From NCBI GenBank assembly GCA_051362555.1, contig CM120640.1:7502001-7566000 (forward strand): DNA of 64,000 nucleotides, written 5' to 3'. Below the pieces are notes generated by a model. The model did no database searches. It was not told the origin of the DNA and was given only the letters and a program-made list of their open reading frames with translations. Positions within the stretch are counted from its first letter, which is position 1. Each line of letters begins with the position of its first letter. Positions 13,475-27,792 of this stretch are shown here, in pieces. The stretch is from Lingula anatina. Its lineage: Eukaryota > Animalia > Brachiopoda. The translations under genes were made by a program, and so were the position numbers.

Positions 13475-15588
13475 TTAGATCAGAATATGCAGGAAACACA
13501 TGTGATGACACCCTAGCGGGACAGCCAACAAATCTGCACTCTGCAAATCAATAAGTTGCCAATTCTCACGAAGAAGAAATTCATTTGAAAGCAATACATA
13601 AAAGACAAACAAAACAGGTGTGTAACAAGAGAAGCTGTTTTTATAGACCACAAAATATTCAGTAACCACAGAGAGAAGCTGATCGGAATGACTTTTCTAG
13701 TTGCCACTTTGTAATTGCATGTAACCTTTTTTCAGTTTTTTTTTCTGTACAAAAATTCCTTTGCTTTGTTGTATGCCTGAGTCATCGATGAACTATCAGC
13801 AAATTCTGTGGCTTTTTTTTTGTATTCATGAACCTCCAATTTTCAAAAACATCAAATCAAAGTTTTTTTAAAATATTCTCTTCATATTTTCTATGATAAT
13901 TTTTTCCACAAACATTTCAAAATGAATTTCTCTGCAGCATTCAACCAGTTCATTTCACAGTCAACATTAACCTGTGGCAAGGAACTTAAAAAAACATCAG
14001 AAGATTATTAAAAGTTCTGCCTAAAACCCAACTAAATTGCGGGAAATCAATGATCAATACAAACTGAAAGTTGTCTACATGGCTATATATGGAATTGAAT
14101 GGAAGCTTGCCTAAAACTGCACTATTGGCATTTGGCCACAGAAGCTTCTTTGAAAAGATGTTTTTTAAAGGAATTCTATTCTTATAATATGTATAAGTTG
14201 GCTTTTGCTGTTACAACAGCATCAAAACAAGCCTTAGTGGAAGAAATTGCTTGAGATGAATTTTTTTATTAAAAATAAAAGCAGAGAATAATTGACACTA
14301 AAAAAGTGTTTTCAAATCTTTTTTTTCATATACTGTATAAATGTTTGTTTTGGATCAATCTTTCAGAAATTTGTTGCCATAGATCTTTAAAATTCATAAT
14401 TGTTACAACTTATGCACCTTGAAACATGGCAATCTAAAAACTCTTTATAAAATGCTATTCAACCTAAAAACTTGATCCAAATAATTTCTCATTTCCCCCA
14501 TTTTTTCCGCAATCTTACATCACATTTTCTGAAAAGATAAATCAGAACAGCATTCACTGTATTATTGATACATAGGGCTGAGTTGACAAAATTTAGGTAA
14601 TCAATATATGTGTACTAACAATAGGCACATTTCCATTTGCTGAACCATAGAATTACAGATGCTTGGATTACATAGCTATGCAGAAGACATAAATACCAGC
14701 TGACAAAACCTCAAGAAATGTACAGAAATTACAAAAAGTGTTTTAGTTCACTATTCAATCTCCCCACTATGAGTTCTGATATGGGATCATGTCAAAATAC
14801 CCCCTCCCCCTGAATCCAACACTACCAGGTCCCTGCATTGTTAGATTTCCAACCAATATGTAGTTTCTCCAATACTACAATTTTAGCCAAAGGAAATTAA
14901 ATTTGTAAAAAAAAATCAGTTTTTTTCCAAAAATTAAATCATTTTATGACTGGGCAGTCAATGGCCCATTTTTGTCTGTGATTGAAAAAGCTTAGGGGTC
15001 TACCAGTACATGGTTCTATCTGTAAAGGAAGCTATCATTGTGGTGAGGTAGCTTTGTTGAGGGTGGGATCTGTCCACTTAGTGAAAGTTGCATAAAATAC
15101 ACACTGCTAGTCTTGTATGTTTCATCTGCGCTGTCATTGATAAATTGTACAATAATTAAATAAGCTTTTGCAGTTAATTGTCACATTATATGTGCTATTA
15201 AGCAATGATAATATTTATAGCATTCATGACACAGTTCAATTTAGGTAGGTAGTAGGAAAGAGAAAGGCAGCAGGTGCAACTGAAAAGAAGACACAATTTA
15301 AAATGACAGTGATACAAAACAACCATGCATACAATATGTGAAGTATATGAAGAAACAGTACTGGAAACTAAAAATAATGACAGACAATAATGAAAGACAG
15401 ATAGGCAAATAGTGGAGCGAAGAGAGTACATGATTAATTGAACTTAATATAATGCATTTTTCATGCTGTTACGCCCAACAATATGTCACATGCAAAATAC
15501 ACTGTCTTCACTCAAAAATGCCTTAAATACATAATGTATCAATTAAAATTTTAAGTAAATCTAATTCTATTTAGAAATTTCCACTTAC

Positions 15589-17180
15589 TCCCAGTTATTC
15601 TTGGGTGGCGGCAGGTCCCCGATAGTGGTCAGTGTGAGTGTTGACCAGTACAAGGACTTGAGGTACATTCGAGTGACCGATGCATACTCTCCCTGGAGGG
15701 GTGGGTAGGACCAGTCATTAGCGGGGAAATTTTCTGATTTACTGATGAGGAAATAGAAAGCGGCAAACCAGTGAGACCCCAGCAGCAGGATATGGATTAG
15801 GTTCATCACCCTCCAGAAGTTAGGATAAATTGTCCGGGATTCTGCCATGTAATAGAATTGATACACTCTGTATACCTTGAAAAATCTAGGAAATCTCCAC
15901 ATTGGATGTATACCTGTAGTCAGCTGTAGAAGATCCAGAGGTGTCAGGGCAAGTATATCTATTTTAAAGTAATGTGATTTGACATAGTGTAACGCAAGTT
16001 GCTTGGAGTCATACACTATCAGTCCTTGCTCCAGGTAACCAGTCCTAAACTGGAAGGCAATATCTGTTAGGTACATGAAATCCATGAAACCATCTAAAAT
16101 AAACCATGCCAAAGGACTGCCTGTTTGTATGTCTGGGAAAGCCTCTCTGGCTATCAATGTCCATAAGTTATACAGAGCACATAGGGCCTGAACCCCAAGC
16201 CAGTAAAACATTGTATCACCATCAGGATTCACCACAAAAGTCCACTTTCTTTTGTTCTTTTTATTTTGTGTTTTACTCTGTCCTTCTTCCTCATCCTCAT
16301 TTTCATCCGTTTCTCGCTGGCGAGTAGAAAAACGCTGAAGAAATGAGTCCTGTCGATTCATACCTGAAGATTTTCTCTTAAATTCTCTGCCCGCAGGACG
16401 TTGCACCTCATTGGTTGCCTTCAAAGTATTCTGGAGTTTCTTCCACCTTGCTGTGGGTCTTCCTCCACTTATTTCTTTCACCCTTTGATCTGTTTTTTCA
16501 ATCAGATTTTCCTTTTCCATACCTGCTTTTGCCAACTCCTGCCTTCCCACCTGCAGAACATTATCCTGATTGCTGATGACTTGCGAATCTTCACTTTTTA
16601 TCATTCCCTCTTCTTCGTCAGACTTAATTAGGTTCCCATTGTTGCTATTAGGAAGAGTACATGTCGTTTCATCACTCTCTGGGCTATTCAAAGCAGCTTT
16701 TAGCTCCTGATCTAACATCTGAACGTTCAAATCCTGGTAGTCATCCTGATCTAATTTAGAACTCATTATTGATGGTTGTGTCTCCCTTGTTCTCAAAGGA
16801 AGTTTTGTGTTATATTCATCTTGCACATTTCTACTTATGTGGGCATTTTCTACAGCTGCCACATTGACAGTATCACTCTCCTGCGGCTGTTGTGGTAACC
16901 ACACTGGTGAAATAGACTGTTCCTCATCATTCATGCCACCCTCGGCCGCCACACTGACTTGAGTGCCTGTGACATTTACTTCCAGCTCAGGGGAGACCTC
17001 TTTTGTGTGGTACATATGTGAGTTGCTATCATGATTACCCAGCATCTCTAAGGACTCACTTGGCTTGCCCTTGTTACTATTAATTGGCTGCACAGTTCCA
17101 GGGGGACGATGCCTCTTTTTCTTTTTCCTTTTTCTTACTTCAGATTCACCGTTCTCAGCCATAATTGCCACAGCTTCCAT
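15589..17180 (-). CDS. Cyclic nucleotide-gated cation channel, Cngl-like: large exon covering disordered N-terminus, S1-S5 and pore
   Basis: 531-aa ORF with the CNG motifs FRTGYLEQG, LALTPLDLL, RFPRFFKVYR, HWFAAFYFLIS and the pore YLKSLYWSTLTLTTIGDLP. Acceptor tttccAG at 17210-17209 upstream of the ATG; donor GTAAGT at 15588. TTIGDLP plus YVFTILSYLIGVFVFATIVG resembles the Drosophila Cngl subfamily (from recall). Confidence 0.92.
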
Positions 17181-20100
17181 CCCTCAATAAACACAAGCTC
17201 TAATGAACCTGGAAACAGTATATGTATTAAGTAAGTGTCTCAATCAGTACATTTTCAAATTCAGTTAATCTCAAGATCGACTGATCAGTGTAGTAAGTGG
17301 GGTGTACATAACAATGTGGTTGTGTGGGGAGAGGTGCTGTCAAGCCACTTGAAAAACCTATTCAAAAGGCAGCTGTTAAGTAACCAAACAAAAACTGTGT
17401 GCTAAATAAATATCAATGGGAGGCGAAAGAGGGAGCACTTCACGTCTTACCTGCCAAATGACCTGTGTCTTATTACATACCTGTTTGACCAATCATTTAG
17501 TGATAAGCCAGTGTTTACTTGTCAATTATATGGCCAAAACAAGGTATTAGCAAGCTTTTGTTATTTCAAGAAAATTTCTTCATACAAACTATACATGAAT
17601 TGTTTTTTTTTTTAGCCAGCTTCAATGAATTTTTGTTGAGACTAGAAGAGTTATGTATCAGTTAATATGGAGAGCATCTTTATTAAAAGGCAAGGGAGAA
17701 TAACTGATCGTGTCAATAGGAGTAAGCTAAATGTCATCTGACAGATTATGCCTCATTGACTGAGAATTAATCATTATATACATAAGAGTATTGTCAGAGA
17801 ACTGAGCTCTGTTCTTTTTTTTTGCTTCTCAATACTTGGTTATTAGATGCTTCAGATTCACAAACTGATGCAGCAGATAGAGAAATTTAATCTAAGAACA
17901 AAGGACAGTGGCGGAAATGTATATTAGGTGGCAAAGAGCTTACTTCACAAAGGCTCCAATTTCAAATTAAAGATGAGCAAATGTCGATTACCTGTTGACC
18001 TGGAAAACTCCATCCTGTTGACTTTGCGCTGCCTTGATCCACCTGATGTTATCAGATATCCTTAGAAAATCACCATCACCACTTCTTTTTTTTACTTGAC
18101 AACCAATATTTTAGCAGGATTGGATTTTGTAGAAGCCCTGAAAGTTGTGCAAATACACAGAAGTCTGATAACTCTCAATATTGATCTTTCTAAATCTTCT
18201 CTTGTCACACAACAGCTGACATTAATAAAAAATTAAAATTTAGGATAAGAAGTGTTACCATGGTTACAGCTGATGTCACCAGCTGAAAAGTTCCGAGTTT
18301 AAGAAAAAAAATATGAGCATAATGAGTTTTCCTGAAAATTACCAAATCATATACTACAGTAGTAATATCTCATCTGAAAAAACACCGAGTAAATCCATGG
18401 ACACGAAACTATTTTAGATGACAAGTTTGACTTCTAAAATCAACTCCTACAATTTCATGTTATAACTAACATTATCCCACTTTTTGCTTCAAAATTAGTG
18501 CCCTTAGATAAGCTGAAAAGCAGAACAATCTTCTGAAATAAATACGCAGTCCCAGGTAAAATTGCTGAAATTAAAAAAAAAATGTTTTGCTTTTTCAACC
18601 ATACAATCATACCTTTAATCAGTTTTCAACCAAAGCAGGATTAATTAAAAGTTGATGCATTTCTTTTAAGTATGAAGAATAAAAAACTTGCAATTACCAC
18701 TAAACGCAAAATAACTTCTGAATAAACAACCAAATAGTTCTGATTTGAAAACTGTGAAGCAAAACAAACATTCTGGGTCTTGTGCACCCTCCCCCCAAGG
18801 AAAAAAAATGCATCCTAGATTTTTCAGTAGATCAATGCTGTAAGAACCTACATGCATTTTATGTAGAATAATCAATTAAATGAAGAGAAAACCCCACTGT
18901 GTCTTTTCATTATTAAATACAAGTAAGAAAAGGTAATCTAAACTAGATAATTAACAGTGGGGGATGAGAAAACAGCTTCATCACAAAACAAGTCACACGT
19001 TCATAAATCAATTGACTGAGTATTGTTATCATTTAATAAATCAGCACCTATAGTGATAAAACAATGGGAACTTGTCATTTCTTTATTATTGGTCTTGGAC
19101 TTGTCCCTGACACAGGTGCAGGCAGGAATAGGGAAAACAAAACAAAATTTCTCTCAAAAATCTTTATTTTTTCATTATTTTTTTTTTTATCTTTTTTTTT
19201 GCCTGCAGAACAGTTCCAACTCTCAGTTCCCCTTCATACTCCTTCAATCCAATGTACAATAAGCAGGCCTATAGTCCTGTAACTAAGACAGATGAAAAAC
19301 AAAACTTCTTTAATTCCCAGTGTGAAACAAATCAAGCCGTAGGAATCCTCGATTTCTTGAAGATAAAATGGAAAATAGCAACATGAAAGGAACATTTGAT
19401 TAGACATTGATCAGCACAGTCCTGCAATCTCAGGAGGCCATTTCTCTGGTGGTTTACCAGGTTATCTGAACAATAAACATTCAGGGGATGGCAGAACAAT
19501 TTCAAGCCAAACAAACAGCCCAGTACTTTGGTTGAGGAAAATAAAGTTTGGGACGTTGCACACTATTTCAACCGACCATGTGATTATCGTTTCTAACTAT
19601 AATAGGAAATCAAATTGAATCTAATTCCCGTGATGTGCATCCTAATTCCGTGATGTGCATCGCCCACCTCCGTAATTGAAGAAAGTCGCATTCTGTTCCT
19701 GAGGTTCCTAATGGCTGGATACCATAATGACAGGGTCTAGAGAGATCTGAAGCTAAGCCATCATAGCTGATTGGAAACACAGTCCATCTCACAAGGTAGT
19801 TATCATGGTATGTATACTGAGGCCATCTATCCATATTCCGACAATTTCAATTTAGATAATGAGACTAAGATGTGAAATGCAGTGTATTACTAAGGAAAAA
19901 AGAACAATCAGAAAGCTAGTCTCAGTGATGTGTAAACTGTTCAGTACCCTTCTTTCTGCACAAAGTCATTATTTTTAAAAGTCCAAGTGCAGTTTTCACA
20001 TTTCAAATAGTGAGAGTTGAGCAGACTTAGGTACTGTCAAGATAATACCCCCATGTCTCTATTTCAGAATATATCAAATAAAATCTAATGGAAGACCGCT

Positions 20101-20487
20101 TTTTCAGGATACAAGTTATTATCAAGAGAGAATTAGAAAAAGCTGAAAGATCACTGAGGAAGATGAGCAACAGTGTTGGTTTTTAAGGAAAGTGTCTTGT
20201 CATTTCAGATTAAAGCAATTTCCTTTCTTCATCTTGTATGTTATCTCAGGCACCCATGGCATCAAAACTCAACACAGTATTTGATCTGGAGTTGCACTCA
20301 CGTCAACTTGAAAGCTTACCACATAAATCCTGCTGGGAATTTTTCAATGCTATTAGGTGGTTATGCAGCAAGCTTTCAAGTGGGCCAATCATATTTGATC
20401 TGCAGAACTACGTAAGTTCTTGGATCAAGCTGTTCTGCATGCGCCTGTAAGTTCTATTTTATACATCTCTCATACTGATACTGCAGA

Positions 20488-20701
20488 TCAGGTGTTTACT
20501 AGCACTACCCACAGATCTTTTAGCACTAACACCCATATTAACCACCTAACCCACAAATTATAACCAGCAACACCAGAGTGGATGATTGCTGCTGCTAGTT
20601 ATTGCTTTGTTGGTGCTAAATAATTATATGATGTGCTGGTAATTTTGTGGGTTTGGTGGCTAATATGGGCATTTGTTGCAGGTAATCATAGTAAAGGCCT
20701 G
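20488..20701. mobile_element. Degenerate palindromic MITE
   Basis: TCAGGTGTTTACTA...TAGTAAAGGCCTGA ends, with inner inverted segments (CCCATATTAACCACCTAACCCACAAATTA / TAATTTTGTGGGTTTGGTGGCTAATATGGG). Confidence 0.55.
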
Positions 20702-21219
20702 ATCCATGTATAAGGCCTGATACTGGTACTGATTACAAAACGTCTAAATTAATGGTATAGTGAATTAAAAACTCATTACAAAAGCATAAAGGTGCTTCCC
20801 ATCGACATGCTTACACTTTTATTCTACTTGATACATGACCTGTCAATGATATATATTAAAATATTAAAGGCCCATGCATTGATGCAAGCCACCACAAAAC
20901 AGAATATTCATACTTAAAGTAAACACTACTGGTACATTATGACTTAAATAGAACGGTCATAAGGGGAGACATGCACACATGAGCACACACATAGAAACAT
21001 AGATATACAAACACATAGAGAGAGAAATGATAGATCCAAAAGTAAATCTAAATAAACAAGATTACTGTACTACACTAATATTTACAACATAATACTGTGA
21101 CAGACATGTATACACTATACCAGCATAAATAAATTGCAATGGAACAAAGCCAATTTAATAAACACAGAAAATATAAAAGTAACAGGAAAATAAAAAAGAA
21201 ATATGAGAAGGGATACTAA

Positions 21220-21479
21220 GGCTTCATTCACATGCAATGTCTACTTTCTACTTTCTATTTTCTATTCGCGGTATATGTCTTATGATCACGGTCTGTGCCC
21301 TGAATATCCCGCGGCGTAATTACTGGCAGCGCGAGCCAGTTACTATAAGTTACTATAAGTAACTGGCTCGCGCTGCCAGTAATTACGCGGCGGGATATTC
21401 AGGGCACAGACCGTGATCATAAGATACCGCGAATAGAAAATAGATTTTTAGAAAATAGACATTCCATGTGAACGAAGCC
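21220..21479. mobile_element. MITE family 1, copy 2 (internally deleted, near-pure hairpin)
   Basis: Same termini as 1301-1819; TAA on both sides. Confidence 0.88.
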
Positions 21480-23676
21480 TAAGGTAATGACACATGTGTC
21501 TCATTCTTTTTTTATCTTGACAGCCAGGCACAAATTATCTGAAAAAACATACTGTGGTGATAAGATTAAAAAATGGGATCAATTACAAGGTGATAATTTA
21601 AAAGTATTCAAAACACATAGTTCTCTATACTAAACTTACAAGGACTGTGTACAGAAGATGACCACTCATCTCTTCAGGGTGTTTTTACGGAAAACTGTTG
21701 TAACAAACACTATAGGTAATATATGTAACTGTTATAACCTATCTGCCTATACCTCTTGTACCAGTTTTATCAAAAAAGTGACCACTGTCAAGTGTAATAG
21801 AATGATTGATACTACATGTATATAGTTTAAGACATTGAAAATAGAATAAAGTTTATTTTTCAAAAGTAAACACCAATTTGGTGAACTGAATCTTTTCAGA
21901 TGTCTGTTGCTACTGAGAAGTCTCATACTAAACTGCAACTGAATAAAACCTAATATGAGACAAATGTGACCTACAAAAATCTGATTGAAGCTTAAATAGC
22001 ATAATTCTCTGCCTATCATTAATTACAAATATCAAATTGTGCAACATATTGGATTTTTGATATAATTTGTGAACAATTTAATTCATTATACTAAATATCA
22101 AATTTATAAGAATCTTTCATTCTAAATTTCCCCTGAATTGATCATGTGCTATTGCCATCCACACCTACCTACCAACAGCAACAAATAAAATCAAACTGTA
22201 ATCCTACCCTTTTGAAGGTACAGATACTGTTGTATACTTTATTGAGGGGTGTGTGACTGTTTGGCATGTAGCTAAGGTATTCAAAAACATTTTCATTCAT
22301 CCTGTCTTTTTGCATTCATAAATGAACTCATGCAGCAAAAGACTCACATCACTACCTCTGAAACAGAATTGCTTTCTTTTCAAAGTTGAAAGAAAAACAT
22401 CCAAAATACATGTAACAATGAATGTCATCATAGGAATATCAAATTTTAAAAAGAAAAAAAAAAAGCCAAATGTTATAGAACAAATGAAAATAAATTGACA
22501 TGAGGGTACCTTGAAAAAATAACAAAAACATAGGTATCACAATATCTTGTGTACTGAAAGACCAAAAAATCTTTTCTGCTGAATATGCTGCTGTTATTAC
22601 ACACTAAATGTGAAGGCAAGGGATTTTCTGACAGCATACATGCAGAGAAGTGGTTGAAATAAATGAAGGTGCTGGTAAAATAATTAAATAGAATAAGGTT
22701 GTTAAAGAGACAGTCTCTAATTTTCTAGTCTCCTATGCCGCCATGAAATTAAATCTCATTTTTATCAGTCTCTTATTAATTAGACACATGAAATATGTGA
22801 TAATAGGACGCCACATTCAATAGTTAATCACATAATGGTGGTCAATACCTAATCCACTACTTACTGTCTACAGGTGCCACCCAAGGGAGATTTTTATTTG
22901 ATGACTTATTAATCAGGCTTTTAATCTAAACTTCTGACCTTCCCTTTAGATTATACATTCATTTCTGATTTCTGTGGTGAACACACTGTGAACAAGAGGA
23001 GGAAGTTAGCATTACACAAGAGTGGAATGAAGAACAAAAAGAAGAACTTATTCTGAGTAAGTGGAAGAATGCAGATCATCCGAGATGAGGCTGTCGGCAC
23101 TTCACGGCATCATTTGAGACTAGTTAACATGGGAGAATGCCCTTGAGGTGTGGATAACTTTTTAGTGATAACAGTGATATTCTCTGCATCAGGAATGTGA
23201 CTGCCCAAAAAATTTCTTTTATAAACTGTTAACTTTAACAGTTATGTGATAGACTCACAAAATAACAACCAGAAAAATTCTGTTATTAACTTTATTTGTC
23301 AATGCATCATTCTGGCTTGTCTGCCATTATTCATGGAGTTTTCTTCCAAATCCTGCAAAATCTCCTTTAATTTTCAGCTAAGGCCATCAAAGATGATTTT
23401 CATTGGCTGCAGTTGTATTGACCATAGATATAAAACATAACATTATGGCCCTTTTTTGCCAAAAAAAAAAATCTTGCATCACATTAATAAATATTTTACT
23501 TGATCATTCTGTCTTGTGACTGATTAAATGGCTTTGTGATTAATAATAAGGGGTTTGCACTAAATAAAAGCAGCCTCGATTGGCCAAGCTACAAATTTTG
23601 TTTGCCTTGTCATGTGTGCAACTTGATATTTGTTATGCGGAAAATGGAAAAATATGTAAGACCTTTATTTAAATAT

Positions 23677-23922
23677 GGCCCCATTTCCATAGGTCTATGT
23701 GGATCGACCCCACTCTGCGGGATTCTTGGCGAGTGCAATCAGCTGAACAGATTGATACGCCTCCTCTTGGTGTAAAGTAGAATACAGAAAAGCTGGTGAT
23801 TATACATACAAGTTGCAAACAAGAGGGGGCGTGTCTTTTAGTTCAGCTGATTGCTGTTAAGGAAAATCCTTGCAGAGTTGGATCGATCTACATAGATCCA
23901 TGGTGTCTGTGGGAATGGGATC
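23677..23922. mobile_element. MITE family 3A
   Basis: GGCCCCATTTCCATAG...CTGTGGGAATGGGATC. The core GAGTGCAATCAG...AGTAGAATACAGAAAGCTGGTGATTATA is shared with 47197-47444 and 54461-54914. Confidence 0.75.
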
Positions 23923-23925
23923 ATA

Positions 23926-24140
23926 GAATGCATTACCATAGATTTAGATCGATCCATCTAGATAGACCTAACTCCCTGGGGGTTCACGCTAAATTGCTGT
24001 CAGCCGAGCACGCACGGTAAGTTATTACCCCCTTATAGCTTTTAGTAGGTGGGACAGACACTTAAGCCAGCTAAGCTGACCGTAATCTAGTGAGACTCCC
24101 CACAGGGATAGATCGATCTAAAATGTGTGGGAATGGGGTC
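23926..24140. mobile_element. MITE family 3B, abutting the 3A copy
   Basis: Reverse complement of 54506-54720 (TAGATCGATCTATCCCTGTGGGGAGTCTCACTAGATTAC...); ATA on both sides. Confidence 0.8.
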
Positions 24141-26268
24141 ATAGACTATAGACTGAAAGTTGGTCTAAACTTTAAGACCAACATTGTAGTCTACTAGACC
24201 CAAGATAAATTAGTGGCAGTCCAATTAAATTAAATACTGCATGTGTTTTAAAGCCTATAGCTTTCAATCAATAGCCCTTTTTTAGTAGAGCTTTTCGTGT
24301 ACAGTGTCAATATAGCTGAATTAATAATGCACCCAGGCAGAACTGATTCAAATTGCTATCAAAGTATTTGAACTGTACCATCATTGTCTCATTCAAAATT
24401 ATAAAAACATGTTCATACATGTTTAACTGCTGAAATACAAATATTTCAAGGGCAATATTTGACTCAACAAAGAAAAATGATTACAATATTAATTTTTTAA
24501 AACAATATATTTGTCTTACTGGCACTGATAACTCACTACATTTACATCTAAAGGGAATAAAGCTATATATCTTCATATAATTTCATATAATCTGACAGCT
24601 GGTGAATCCTAAAGGAACTAACCCCTTTCTTCGAACAACTCATTTAACTCTCTGGAGTTTCTATTTGACATTGATTTGTTCTACGAGTATTGGCCTTTCT
24701 AACTTTCAATAACTGAAGTTCATATTGAACTTAAAGGCAGATGAGGCAAATAATAGGCCAGAAACACTCTTAGCATTAGACTGTGGTTACCACAAGTATT
24801 CTCTTCCCTTTTTCACCTTCATGGCACTCTGTGTGCAACCCCCAGCATCTGTAATTGCACATTTTTATGACATATAAAAAATGCTTGAAGCATAGTTATC
24901 AATAAAAAAAAACTTTTTCCTTTTAACAGGGTTCATACAGGAACATTCAAAACAAATTCAAGGATTTTCGATAACTTTTAAGGTTTTCATTCAAGTACTG
25001 TTCTCATTCAAGTACTTTTCAAAGACTACATTACTGCAAATGAATTTGATATGTTCTGTCATTTATAGTTGTATATACCAAAGAAAAAAAGGCAACTAAT
25101 ATTTCATTCAAACTTCATGTATTTTAACACATTTATGACGAAATATGAAAAATAAAAAAATCAAGTAATGTCCAAAAAGGGTATTCTCTCCTTTAGCAAA
25201 TTTCAGGTTCAGGTTAAAAATAACAAGATTTAAAATTTTGACAAATTGTTAAGTGATCAAATTCAAGTTATTTCCAAGGGAAAAATGATGTAATAAAGCA
25301 TATTTTTGTTCTCTGAAATCTATCCCAATCAAATTTCCACTGTACAATGTCACCTAGAGTTTGCTGTACTCTTTTTCAGTGAAAGAATATTAGGCTACAG
25401 GTTAATAAGTTGACAGGTAGGAAACAGTCTAGAAATTTTGTTCGGAAAAATTGCTGTAATTAACTGTATTTTCCACATTGTATCACCTGCACAGTATCAA
25501 TATGCAGTCACATTTGCAAAGGCTATGTGAATTATTTAATAAGAAAAAAAAGATAATAGACAAGTTATTGAAATCCTGCTCTATCTTCCTGAATAATTTC
25601 CGTATTTGTTGCATTTTTATCTGTGCAGAGTTTCAATTAGGAAAACAACATAATTTCTTCCTGACATTTAAAGTGAACAGTAAGTAGTAGTTCTCATTAC
25701 TTTTTGTACCCACCAGGGTTCCCTGACATCTAGGAAGACATTCTGAGCAATTTTCTCTGAAGGTATTTTTTCACATGGCAGCAAGTGACTGAAAGCACCA
25801 TTGGAAGCCAATATACGTGCACCAAGTCAGAGAATTGTCAGACACAGGTGTTTTTCTTTCACAGAAATACTCTAAATTAACTGTCTTTAGGTTGGTCATG
25901 TCATTTTTCTTCAAGGAATTCAAAGACTCTTTACAAATGTCATCGTGGGTGAGCCTCTTATTCTCAGGTAAACAGTCTTTTCATTCCAACTTGATCTTAG
26001 ATATGAAGTCATATCTATTGTTTAAGGGTAGAGAATCTTAATGGATATATTTTAAATGACATCCTCAGTCCAGATGTTCCACAAATAATATATATGTATA
26101 AAATAAAAGGTCAAGGATATCCAATTTCTACCCACCTACCTACTAGTTCCTACCTTCCTACCATGTACCTCTACACCATCCTTATAAGGAAGGGTATAAT
26201 ATATACATGTACAACACTTTTGCCAAAACTAATTATTCCTTGCATACACTTTGCCTTCAGTTATTTAA

Positions 26269-26531
26269 GGGAGCAATCCCATAAACCCATCATACTAGCT
26301 GGATCCATCTAACTCTATGGGGATTCTTACTAAATTGCATTCAGTGTAAGCAGCTTAAATGTCTGCCATGCCTACTAAAGCTGCTACGGGGTAATTAACG
26401 ATAGTCAATTACCTCCTGATTACTCAAGGGGGCATACCAGACAATTAAGTTGATAATGAAAGCACTCTAGCAAGAAGCCCCACAGAGTTAGATTGATCCA
26501 GGTAGTATAATGGGCTTATGGGAATGTAGTC
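26269..26531. mobile_element. Diverged MITE related to family 3B
   Basis: TCCCATAAACCCATCATACTAGCTGGATC...GATCCAGGTAGTATAATGGGCTTATGGGA inverted ends; core CAGCTTAAATGTCTGCCATGCCTACTAAAGCTG resembles 3B. Confidence 0.6.
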
Positions 26532-26983
26532 AAAGATTCAAAATAAAGAAATGTGGCTGTCTCACTGAAACTGTTGTTTTTTGTATCAAATATTTTTTAA
26601 GTCCACACTTGGACCCTTGTTATGACATGCGTATCAAGGCTCAAAGGTCCATAATTGATTCAGGGTAGAGAACAGTCAGTTGCAAATAGATATATTTATG
26701 TGAAATTGATTTTCCATCATAAGGTTTGTGAATAACACAGAGGAAGCTTGTTTACGCCTAAAACAGCAAATCCTAGAGAATTCACACTGTTATGCAGGCA
26801 AAAGATAAGATCTCATCAGCCAACATGCCTGTCTCTCTTGGATTGTCCCTAGAAGTTTTAGCAACAATTTTCTAATTTGGGATTTGGGAAGGGATTAAAA
26901 TTGGTCTCAGGTATATGTTATGCATTTGCAAAGCAAAGTGAATTTTTTTGTGGTTGTTAAGGGACATCTCAGATTTACAATTA

Positions 26984-27488
26984 GGCTTCATTCACATGGA
27001 AAGTCTATTTTCTAAATTCTATTTTCTATTTGCGGTATGTTTAGTGATCACGGTCTGTGCCCTGAATATCCCGTGGCGTAATTACTGGAAGCGCGAGCCA
27101 GTTACTTATACAAAGCTGTAATTAACTCTCGGCTGTGCTCGGAGGAGATTCTGATACCTATGCGCAGTAGGAATTTAGCAAGTTAATGGGGACCGCGATT
27201 GCTTTGAAAAATGTGTTTGTCGATTTTGTGCATATTTCGCGTCTGTATGTTTGAGCAGTCACACCTAAACCGATGAACTCCACAGCTTAGAGATACTACT
27301 GCGCATGCGTCAAGGTATCAGAATCTCCTCCGAGCACAGCCAAGAATTAATTACAGCTTTGTATAAGTAACTGGCTCGCGCTGCCAGTAATCACGCCGCG
27401 GGATATTCAGGGCACAGACCGTGATCACAAAACATACCGCAAATAGAAAATAGAATTTAGAAAATAGACTTTCCATGTGAATGAAGCT
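26984..27488. mobile_element. MITE family 1, copy 3
   Basis: Same termini and arms as 1301-1819; TTA on both sides. Confidence 0.88.
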
Positions 27489-27714
27489 TTAGACTTTGTG
27501 TTCACAAGTGCCAATTCCCTGTAGGCCTAAAACCAATGAAAAAGCCTAATTCAATATTTTGCTAATATCACGAGGCTGAATTTCACCTTCAAGAAAATTT
27601 TGAGGTACAAGGTTTTACACAATCCTTTTACAATGAATTTTTGCTTAATATTTCCATCAAGTCACTCCGGTAATAAACTTTAAATCAACAGGTTACAATA
27701 CCATATACTGTGCA

Positions 27715-27792
27715 TGTCATTTTGACTTTCCCAAGGCTCTTGACTCAGTGTGGCAAGGTGGTTTATTTCACAAGTTGTATCATTACTGGGAT
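27715..27792 (+). pseudogene. Non-LTR retrotransposon (LINE) reverse-transcriptase fragment
   Basis: 27721 onward reads FDFPKALDSVWQGGLFHKLYHY, matching the LINE RT motif DFxKAFDSVWHxGLxxKL. No open flanking ORF. Confidence 0.7.

Noticed and set aside
16106-16631. Plus-strand ORFs over the channel exon
   Set aside because: Antisense shadows of the CNG coding sequence.
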